64,000 nucleotides of DNA from contig CBDCCN010000002.1 of NCBI GenBank assembly GCA_965214865.1, positions 210,026 to 274,025 on the forward strand, written 5' to 3'. How positions within the stretch are numbered: position 1 is the stretch's first letter; every line of letters starts with the position of its first letter. The notes beneath the pieces are model-generated. The model worked only from the letters and a program-made list of their open reading frames with translations. It was not told where the DNA came from and made no database searches. Both the position numbers and the translations under genes were made by a program. Below are positions 57,064 through 64,000 of the stretch, piece after piece. The DNA is from Vicinamibacterales bacterium. GTDB taxonomy: Bacteria > Acidobacteriota > Vicinamibacteria > Vicinamibacterales > UBA8438.

Positions 57064-57717
57064 TCACGCCGGCTCGAGATAGTCCTCCCACAACTCCACG
57101 CAGACCTCGTCGCGCTGGTGCCCGCGATCGCCCCACAGCTCCCGGGCCGTGAAACACACCGTGTAGACGTGCTGCGGGAAGTCCCCGAACTGCTGCCCGC
57201 GCTCGTCGGTGTCCTGGAGCGCATAGACGCCGTTGTCGCGGACCACCGTGCCCCGCCTGCCGCGCGCGTAGCCCGGCAGCCGGGTGTGTCCCGGGGGATC
57301 GACGTTCCGCGCGCGGACCGTGTCGCCCGTGCGGAACCGCGCCGGCACGTCCAGATCGAGGAGCCCGAACCCCAGCGGGGCCTGCGGCGGACGCCCGCGC
57401 CGCTCGGGCCGCGGCGCCTGCGGATCGGCCGCCCCGCTCGCCAGCTCGGCCTCGGTGACCACCCCGTGCGCCCGGAGCAGGTTGACGAGCGCCGCGAACC
57501 ACCGCTCGTAGTACGAGAAGCGCAGATAGTCCGCCGCCGGGACCCTCTCCTGCGCGAACCGAAAGCTGCCCCAGTTGCCGCCCAGCCCCCAGGGCGCGAG
57601 CAGGCGGCGCAGGCCGAAGACCCGCCCCTCCCACGGCGCGTGGAAGACCGGCTCGCTCGGCTCGGGCTCGACCGGCCCCGTGCCGCGCATCCCGCCCATG
57701 TCGTGGACGCCCTTCAT
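57064..57717 (-). CDS. nthB: Nitrile hydratase beta subunit
   Basis: The N-terminus MKGVHDMGGM..., ..PWEGRVF.. and ..YYERW.. form the typical NHase beta signature. Confidence 0.9.
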   Translation of the reverse strand: MKGVHDMGGMRGTGPVEPEPSEPVFHAPWEGRVFGLRRLLAPWGLGGNWGSFRFAQERVPAADYLRFSYYERWFAALVNLLRAHGVVTEAELASGAADPQAPRPERRGRPPQAPLGFGLLDLDVPARFRTGDTVRARNVDPPGHTRLPGYARGRRGTVVRDNGVYALQDTDERGQQFGDFPQHVYTVCFTARELWGDRGHQRDEVCVELWEDYLEPA

Positions 57718-57858
57718 CCGCAGCTTCCCTCGGCGAACGGCGACGGAGATGCGGCCAGCCGGTCTCTCCGGCCCCGTGCGGGCGCTTCGAGGCAGACGCC
57801 CTCCCGCGGGCCTTCGACGAGATGCGACCAGCCAGTCTCTCCGGGTCCCGTGCGGGCT

Positions 57859-58257
57859 CTAGTGCGACTTCCGCAACACCACCGGCTGACCGTGCGGCGT
57901 GTGCCGATAGGCGTCGGCCCAGGCCTCCTTGCGATCCAGCAGCGCGGGCGAATCGGTGAGCCCCTTGTCGGCGGCCAACCGCTCGAGGACGGCCACCCAA
58001 TGGTGATAGTACCGGGAGCCGTCGTCGGGCTCGCCGTGGTCGGCCGCCGCCCGCAGCTCATCGGCCAGCGCCGCCGCCCACTCCTTCCAGGTGAAGTGGC
58101 CCTGCTCGGACAGCTTCACCGCGAGCGCGAACGCCTGCGCCTGCCAGGGGGCGGCGAACACCGGCCCCCCCTCGTCCCGCGGCAGCGGCGGCAGCGCGGC
58201 GACCCGCTCGGCGTCGACGCGCCGCCCAGGCGGCCGGCCGTCCTCACGCGAGCTCAA
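57859..58257 (-). CDS. Nitrile hydratase accessory (activator, beta-homolog) protein
   Basis: ..PVFAAPWQAQAFALAVKLSEQGHFTWKEWAAAL...YYHHWVAVLERL.. is the typical accessory protein pattern. Confidence 0.8.
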   Translation of the reverse strand: MSSREDGRPPGRRVDAERVAALPPLPRDEGGPVFAAPWQAQAFALAVKLSEQGHFTWKEWAAALADELRAAADHGEPDDGSRYYHHWVAVLERLAADKGLTDSPALLDRKEAWADAYRHTPHGQPVVLRKSH

Positions 58258-58260
58258 GGT

Positions 58261-58986
58261 TCAGCCCCCGGGGGCGGCGACCCGGGCGACGCCGATCATC
58301 GCATCGCGGGTGACGAGCCCGGCAAGCGCCTCTTCGGAGAGCCCTTCCGTGCCGGCCGGCCGTTCCGGCAGCACCAGGTAGCGGATCTCGGCCGTGCTGT
58401 CCCAGACCCGCACCTCGGCGTCGTCCGGCAGCTCGATCCCGAATTCGCGCAGCACGGCCCGCGGCTCGATCACCGCCCGCGCCCGGTACGGAGCCGACTT
58501 GTACCAGACCGGCGGGAGGCCGAGCGTGGGCCACGGATAGCAGGAGCAGAGGGTGCACACCACCAAGTTGTGGACCGCGGGCGTGTTCTCGACCACGACC
58601 ATGTGTTCGCCCTGCGCGCCCGTGAAGCCGAACTCCGCGATCGCCGCGGTTCCGTCCGCGAGCAGCCGGGCCTTGTACTCGGGATCCGTCCAGGCGCGGG
58701 CCACGACCTGCGCGCCGTTCCGGGGGCCGATCCGATTCTCGTAGGCGTCGACCACCGCATCGAGCTCGGCGGGGTCGATCATCTCCTTCTCCACCAGAAT
58801 CGACTCCAGCGCGCGCACCCGCAACGCGATGTCGTCGGGCACCACCTGGTGGTCGTGGTCGTGCTCCGCGGAGGCAGCCTCCGCTGCGCCGGCCGCCTCG
58901 GCCCCGCCCGCCACGCCGGCGGCACCCGCGGCGGCTTCCTTCAGAAACTCCCCGCGGCCGACGCCCCTGGGTTCGGAACCCGCCAT
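58261..58986 (-). CDS. nthA: Nitrile hydratase alpha subunit, cobalt type, with an N-terminal extension of about 40 aa
   Basis: Metal centre [11 protein letters not shown] (Thr indicates Co-type). ATG at 58986 sits 6 nt after GGAGGAG. The extension contains [19 protein letters not shown], which is Tat-like but has RG instead of RR. Confidence 0.9.
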   Translation of the reverse strand: MAGSEPRGVGRGEFLKEAAAGAAGVAGGAEAAGAAEAASAEHDHDHQVVPDDIALRVRALESILVEKEMIDPAELDAVVDAYENRIGPRNGAQVVARAWTDPEYKARLLADGTAAIAEFGFTGAQGEHMVVVENTPAVHNLVVCTLCSCYPWPTLGLPPVWYKSAPYRARAVIEPRAVLREFGIELPDDAEVRVWDSTAEIRYLVLPERPAGTEGLSEEALAGLVTRDAMIGVARVAAPGG

Positions 58987-59074
58987 GGCCTCTCCTCCGC
59001 GTGCCAGCCTGGAAATCGTCGCCTTGCGGCCCCGCTTTCCGCCCAACCGACCCTCGCCGGGAGTCTGCCCCGAT

Positions 59075-61174
59075 CTACGGCGCAGCCCCCTGGTCGGGAA
59101 GCGCGAGGGCGATCAGCTCCGGCACCCGGCCGCCGCCGACCGTCAGCGCGATGTACTGCCGCCCGTTGACCAGGTAGGTCATCGGTGTCCCGATGGCGCC
59201 GCCCGGCAGATCGATCTGCGCCAGATCCTCACCGGTCGCCTTGTCGAACGCCACCAGCCGCGGCCCGTCGTTCGTCCCGCCCGCGGTGAGGGCGTAGATG
59301 AGCAGGTCCGGGGTCAGGAGCGGCCCGGCCCGGCTGCTGTCGCCGCCGAGCGGCGGCAGGTCGAGATCGCGCAGCAGCCGGTGGTTGCGGATCCGGTCGC
59401 CGTCACCCATCGGCTTCATCCAGACGTGCTCTCCGGTGTTCATGTCGATGGCGGTCATGCGCGAGTAGGGCGGCTTGAAGAGCGGCAGCCCCTGCGGCAT
59501 CTGCGGCCGCGTCCGGGTCGGGCCGCGCCGCTCGATGACGGCCAGCGTGGCCCCTTCGCCGGGCTCCGGCTCGCGGTACTGCATCACCGAGTAGGCGTTG
59601 TTGGAGGGCACGTAGAGGATGCCGGTCTCCGGATCGACGGCCGCCCCGGACCAGTTGGCGCCGCCGCCGGCGCTCGGCCGCTGGATGGTCCCGTCCCACA
59701 TCGGCGGCGTGAAGATCGGGCCGAGCCGGTAGCCCTCGACCGCCTCGATCGCCATCTGCCGGATCTCCGGCGTGAAGTCGACGAGGTCGTCGATCACCGC
59801 GCCCTGGTACTCGAACGGCTCCGGCTTCGTCGGGAACGGCTGCGTCGGCGACGGCCGCTCGCCCGGCACGTCGGTGTCGGTCGCCACCGGCCGTTCCTCG
59901 ATCGGCCAGATCGGCTCGCCGGCGGCCCGGTCGAAGGCGTACAGGAAACCCTGCTTGCTGACCTGCGCCAGCGCCTTCACCGGCCGGCCGTCCACCACCA
60001 CGTCGAGCAGGTTGGGGGCCGCCGGGAAGTCCCAGTCCCAGAGGCCGTGGTGGACCGCCTGGAAGTGCCACTCGCGCTCCCCCGTCTCGATGTCGAGGGC
60101 GACGACGCTCTCGGCGAACAGGTTGTCGCCGAGCCGGTGCCCGCCGTAGTAGTCCGGCGCCGGCGTGTTCGTCGGCAGATACAGGAGGCCCAGCTCCGGG
60201 TCGGCGCTCATGAACGACCAGACGCCTACCTTGCCGGTCACGCGCCACGAATCGCCCTCCCAGGTGTCGTTGCCGTACTCGTCACCCTGCGGGATGGTGT
60301 GGAACATCCACTTCATGCGGCCGGTCCGGACGTCGAAGCCGCGCATCCACCCGGGCGGCGCCTCCCGCGTGATGTTGTAGGACGAGATGGACGAGGGCGT
60401 GACGACGGTGTCGCCGACCACGAGCGGCGGCGACTGCACCGAATAAAGCAGCGCGTTCAGCCAGTCGCGGTCCCCGCGCTCAGCGCGCGGGATGCCCGCG
60501 GTCAGGTCCACCCAGCCGTCGTCGCCGAAGTCCGGACAGGGACGGCCGGTTTTCGCGTCGACGCAGATGAGGTAGCCGTTGCCGGTCCCGAACAGGATCC
60601 GTTCGTCCTCGCGCGCCGGGCCGTCGGACCAGTACGCGACCCCGCGCTGGTTCCAGCGCGCGGTCATGGTCGTGGTGCCCTCCTCGTAGGTCTTGGGGTT
60701 GTAGACCCAGAGCGTCTCGCCCGTCTCGGCGTCGATGGACGCGGCCTGCGAGGTGGGCATGTTGATGAAGAGGCGGCCCCCGACCATCAGCGGCGTGGCC
60801 TTCAGGTTCGTGACGTAGGGCGGCTGCGCGTCGCGCCAGCGGTTCGGATCGCGGCGCAGCAGCTCCTCGAAGATGAGCCGCGAGTCGGCCCACCACTCGC
60901 CCCCGTCCGGCGTGTCGATGCTCAGGAACGCGTCGGCCGACAGCCAGCGCCAGGCGATCTCCAGGTCGCCGAAGTTGGCCCGGTCGATCTGGTCGAGAGG
61001 GGAGTATTTGGTGCCGCCGAGGTCGCCGCCGTAGGTCGGCCACTCGCCGTTGGCCGGGGCGCCTTGCTGAGCGAGCGCCGGGACACCCGCCGTCGCAGCC
61101 AGGGCCAGGACGACCATTCCGGTCGCGCCGATCCGCATCCAGCATGTTCCATTGCGCATAGGTTGCCTCGTCAT
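59075..61174 (-). CDS. PQQ-dependent dehydrogenase (quinoprotein, 8-bladed propeller), intact
   Basis: Signal peptide, then [21 protein letters not shown], with propeller repeats throughout. The start may be an internal ATG (61159 or 61138). Confidence 0.85.
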   Translation of the reverse strand: MTRQPMRNGTCWMRIGATGMVVLALAATAGVPALAQQGAPANGEWPTYGGDLGGTKYSPLDQIDRANFGDLEIAWRWLSADAFLSIDTPDGGEWWADSRLIFEELLRRDPNRWRDAQPPYVTNLKATPLMVGGRLFINMPTSQAASIDAETGETLWVYNPKTYEEGTTTMTARWNQRGVAYWSDGPAREDERILFGTGNGYLICVDAKTGRPCPDFGDDGWVDLTAGIPRAERGDRDWLNALLYSVQSPPLVVGDTVVTPSSISSYNITREAPPGWMRGFDVRTGRMKWMFHTIPQGDEYGNDTWEGDSWRVTGKVGVWSFMSADPELGLLYLPTNTPAPDYYGGHRLGDNLFAESVVALDIETGEREWHFQAVHHGLWDWDFPAAPNLLDVVVDGRPVKALAQVSKQGFLYAFDRAAGEPIWPIEERPVATDTDVPGERPSPTQPFPTKPEPFEYQGAVIDDLVDFTPEIRQMAIEAVEGYRLGPIFTPPMWDGTIQRPSAGGGANWSGAAVDPETGILYVPSNNAYSVMQYREPEPGEGATLAVIERRGPTRTRPQMPQGLPLFKPPYSRMTAIDMNTGEHVWMKPMGDGDRIRNHRLLRDLDLPPLGGDSSRAGPLLTPDLLIYALTAGGTNDGPRLVAFDKATGEDLAQIDLPGGAIGTPMTYLVNGRQYIALTVGGGRVPELIALALPDQGAAP

Positions 61175-61365
61175 GCGTTGCCGCCGAAGGCAGTTGGTGT
61201 GCGGCCATCATAGCGCAGCGCCGCAGCCACCCGCTCAGGCGGGGTCCGGCGGCGTTGCCGGCGTCACGGACGGAAAGTAGCTGCGGTGGCGGCCGGCCTG
61301 CAGCAGGTCTCCCCGATCGATGTGGGAACACGAACCGCGACGCATGCCGCCGGGACCGCCCCGCT

Positions 61366-61695
61366 TCAGGCAGCCGCCTGTCGCCGGCGCACCACGCGGA
61401 ACCCGAACCGACGGTCGGGGCTGGGCGTCTCGCGCACGCCGGCGTAGAGCTCCTCGACGCGCCGTCGGGCCCGCCGGAAACGCGGCGTCAGCAACCACAG
61501 CGCCGGACGCTGGTGCGTGACGCGCGTCGCGAGCAGCGTGCGCACGAACACGATCACGTCGTCCAGGTACTCGCCGGGCGCCGTTCCCGCAGCCAGCGTG
61601 CCGAGCTGATCCGCAGCGATGCGCTGCAGGGCATACAGACCGGGAACGGGACTGCCGAGGGGCCACCGCGCGATCTCCCGGCGGGTGATGCGCAC
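61366..61695 (-). CDS. Possible hypothetical protein (start unclear)
   Basis: Good GC3 and plausible sequence (..GLYALQRIAADQLGTLAAGTAPGEYLDDVIVFVRTLL..). Only a GTG at 61695 is available as a start. Confidence 0.3.
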   Translation of the reverse strand: MRITRREIARWPLGSPVPGLYALQRIAADQLGTLAAGTAPGEYLDDVIVFVRTLLATRVTHQRPALWLLTPRFRRARRRVEELYAGVRETPSPDRRFGFRVVRRRQAAA

Positions 61696-61781
61696 GATGT
61701 CCGCCAGACGCTCGAGGGCGCGGCGGCACGGACGGGCGGGATGCCGGCGCCGCTGTCTGCTCGATCGACACCCCCCAACCC

Positions 61782-62381
61782 TCAATGACGAATCCGAGGC
61801 CCGAGCACGCAGAGCGCGGCCGCTGCAGCCAGCTTGTGGTCCTTGCGCCACGGCGTTCCCGCCTCGCGGCCGAACCGGGCGATGAGCGCGGCGACCTCGG
61901 CCACGTCGACACCCATCGCTTCGGCGGCCAGCGCCGTCGGGTCGGTCCTGCGAGGGTACCTCCGGACCTCCATGCGCTGTTCGGCCGCGGCTTCGGCCAG
62001 GGATTCGCGGTACAGCATGCCGTCGGCGGCAAGGGTCAGAGGACGCGAGCTCAGAACCTCCTCGAGAGAGTCGGGCAGCCTGTCGTACGGACTCGCGGGC
62101 AGGATCAGCACCCGGGCGCGAAAGGTCGCCAGCATCGCCGAAAGCGCGGCGGTCGCGTGTTCCGCCGCGGACCGTCTCACCCGGTTCACGAGGTCGATCG
62201 CCGTTCCGGTGTCCAGCTTCGAGGCCTCGTGGTGGTAGGGCGCGCTCGGGAGGCCCTTGTCGATCAGCTCGACGCGCCGCCTGTCGAGAAAGACGGGCGC
62301 GGCGTCCTCCACCGCGAGAGTGACCAGCTCGGCCCGGGCGTAGTGGTCGGAGACTCCGATCACGGCTTCGGCGACACCCAT
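61782..62381 (-). CDS. Hypothetical protein
   Basis: ATG at 62381 (MGVAEAVIGVSDHYARAELVTLAV...). TACAAT lies 7 nt upstream, so the transcript may be leaderless. The rest of the 658-aa track ORF is antisense to the M16 peptidase. Confidence 0.5.
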   Translation of the reverse strand: MGVAEAVIGVSDHYARAELVTLAVEDAAPVFLDRRRVELIDKGLPSAPYHHEASKLDTGTAIDLVNRVRRSAAEHATAALSAMLATFRARVLILPASPYDRLPDSLEEVLSSRPLTLAADGMLYRESLAEAAAEQRMEVRRYPRRTDPTALAAEAMGVDVAEVAALIARFGREAGTPWRKDHKLAAAAALCVLGPRIRH

Positions 62382-62477
62382 CGACGGGATTGTACCGCGG
62401 CCGTTCTTCGCGGCGGCGCAACCCCGGCAGCGGGCGTTCCGTATAGTGAAGGCGACGAATACAACCCAGGAGCTTCC

Positions 62478-64000
62478 ATGACAAGACACCCCGGCCCCGT
62501 GCTCGTCCTCGGTCTCGCCGCATTCCTCGCCGCCGGTCCGCCCGCCGCCGCCCAGGAGCCGGTCGACATCCCCTACACCCGCTACGTGCTCGACAACGGC
62601 CTGCGGCTGATCGTCCACGAGGACCACAAGGCGCCGATCGTCGCCGTCAACGTCTGGTACGACGTCGGGGCGGCCGACGAGGCGCCCGGCAAGACCGGCT
62701 TCGCGCACCTGTTCGAGCACCTGATGTTCAACGGCAGCGAGCACTTCAACGACGACTACTTCAAGCCCTTCGACCGCGTCGGGGCCACCGGCATGAACGG
62801 CACCACCAACCAGGACCGCACCAACTACTTCCAGGTGGTGCCCACGACCGCCCTCGACATGGCGCTGTGGATGGAGTCGGACCGCATGGGGCACATGCTC
62901 GGCGCCGTCGATCAGGCCCGGCTCGACGAGCAGCGCGGCGTCGTGCAGAACGAGAAGCGGCAGGGCGAGAACCAGCCCTACGGCAAGGTGTTCCTGACCC
63001 TCTTCGAGAACACCTATCCGGACGGCCACCCCTACGACCACTCCACCATCGGATCGATGGACGATCTGAACGCCGCGTCGCTCGACGACGTCCGCACCTG
63101 GTTCGAGACCTGGTACGGGGCCGCCAACGCGGTGCTCGTGGTCGCCGGCGACGTCGATCCGGAGGACGTCAGGGCGCGGGTCGAGCGCCACTTCGGCCAC
63201 ATCCCGTCGGGGCCGCCCCTCGTCAAGCGGGACGTCGACCTCGCCCGCCGGACCGAGGAGAGCCGCATCGTGCTCCAGGACCGGGTGCCGCAGGCGCGCG
63301 TCGTCAAGGCCTGGAACGTCGCCGCGTTCAAGAACCCGGACCTCGATTACCTCGACCTCGCCGGCGACGTCCTGACCACCGGCCGCAGCTCGCGCCTCTA
63401 CCGGCGGCTGGTCTACGAGGATCAGATCGCCACCGACGTCGCCGCGTTCACCCTCGGACGCCAGTTCGGCAGCCTGTTCATCCTGCAGGCCACGGCCCAG
63501 CCGGGGCAGGACCTGGCCGCGGTGGAGGCGGCCCTCGACGAGGAGCTGAACGCGTTCCTCGAATCGGGCCCGAGCGCGGCCGAGCTGGCGCGGGCGCAAA
63601 CCAGCCGGCGGGCGTCCTTCGTCCGCGGCGTCGAGCGCATCGGCGGCTTCGGCGGCAAGTCGGACGTGCTGGCCGCCAGCGAGGTCTACCTCGGCAGCCC
63701 CGACGGCCACCGGCGGACGCAGGAGACGATCATGAACGCCACGCCGGCGGACGTCCACGCCGCCGCGGTCGAGTGGCTGAGCCGGGGCGCCCTGACCATC
63801 GAGGTGCAGCCCTTCCCCGCCTACGCCGCGGCCGAGACCGACGTGGACCGCTCGTCGGGACCACCCGAGGTCACCGAGTTTCCGTCGGCCTCGTTCCCCG
63901 AGCGTGAGACGACGCGCCTGTCGAACGGGCTCGACGTGATCCTCGCCCGGCGGGAGGCGGTTCCGGTGGTCGACTTCAACCTGCTGCTCGACGCGGGCTA
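62478..64000 (+). CDS. M16 (pitrilysin) family zinc peptidase, 3'-partial
   Basis: It is absent from the ORF track because it has no stop inside the window. ATG at 62478 follows AGGAG. It has a signal peptide and the inverted zinc motif FAHLFEHLMF (HxxEH). The frame stays open to the window end. Confidence 0.85.
   Translation, partial: MTRHPGPVLVLGLAAFLAAGPPAAAQEPVDIPYTRYVLDNGLRLIVHEDHKAPIVAVNVWYDVGAADEAPGKTGFAHLFEHLMFNGSEHFNDDYFKPFDRVGATGMNGTTNQDRTNYFQVVPTTALDMALWMESDRMGHMLGAVDQARLDEQRGVVQNEKRQGENQPYGKVFLTLFENTYPDGHPYDHSTIGSMDDLNAASLDDVRTWFETWYGAANAVLVVAGDVDPEDVRARVERHFGHIPSGPPLVKRDVDLARRTEESRIVLQDRVPQARVVKAWNVAAFKNPDLDYLDLAGDVLTTGRSSRLYRRLVYEDQIATDVAAFTLGRQFGSLFILQATAQPGQDLAAVEAALDEELNAFLESGPSAAELARAQTSRRASFVRGVERIGGFGGKSDVLAASEVYLGSPDGHRRTQETIMNATPADVHAAAVEWLSRGALTIEVQPFPAYAAAETDVDRSSGPPEVTEFPSASFPERETTRLSNGLDVILARREAVPVVDFNLLLDAG

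Noticed and set aside
58829-61213. 794-aa plus-strand ORF
   Set aside because: It is antisense to the intact PQQ dehydrogenase and the start of NHase alpha.
61782-63758. 658-aa minus ORF taken as one gene
   Set aside because: Only the last 199 codons (from ATG 62381) look real. The upstream part is antisense to the M16 peptidase, which has the HxxEH motif.
1-64000. rRNA, tRNA or tmRNA genes
   Set aside because: I saw no cloverleaf-like or rRNA-like conserved segments by eye. This is a weak negative and should be confirmed with tRNAscan-SE, Infernal or barrnap.

Overview
The window is about 70% GC and bacterial. Composition and the DUF1552/DUF1592 gene pair fit a soil Acidobacteriota, Gemmatimonadota or Planctomycetota-like genome, but that taxonomy is inference only. 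Because of the high GC, most long ORFs in the six-frame track are antisense or off-frame shadows rich in Arg, Pro, Gly and Ala. I called genes from recognisable motifs, signal peptides, RBS-like GGAGG boxes and third-position GC. No rRNA, tRNA or CRISPR array was seen by eye.

Backbone genes: a transketolase-like TPP enzyme, an SDR, a DUF1592/DUF1552/ankyrin operon, a soluble PQQ sugar dehydrogenase, a Tat-signal PatB/MalY-like lyase, LarA-like, FadJ-like, an SSS transporter, an M20 peptidase, a Co-type nitrile hydratase (alpha, accessory, beta), an intact PQQ dehydrogenase and an M16 peptidase.

Main observations:
1. A PQQ-dependent dehydrogenase gene (29383..41436) is cleanly split by a roughly 10.3 kb integrative element (30673..40943). 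The element is bounded by a 10-bp direct repeat (GGACTGGGAG) and carries a CI/LexA-like repressor and a tyrosine integrase at one end. It also has matching subterminal CCGGAA(A)CGGCTGGCAG repeat clusters, an IS plus a diverged IS remnant, decayed nuclease/helicase cargo and a Cys-rich peptide/thioredoxin operon.
2. A second PQQ dehydrogenase paralog is truncated at about 14950. It abuts a mobile-looking block (UvrD-like helicase, ParB-Dam-like fusion, small coupled membrane-protein genes) that runs off the left edge of the window.
3. Two paralogous genes carry an in-frame TGA in the motif D-U-G-S-C-T-S-C, with strong coding conservation after the TGA and a hairpin 11-12 nt downstream. I read these as selenoproteins. 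Each is paired with a conserved protein of about 370 aa, one of them fused to a CxxC redoxin domain. This looks like a duplicated, uncharacterised selenol/thiol redox module.
4. Several otherwise good genes are frame-disrupted. This is either real decay or assembly indels.
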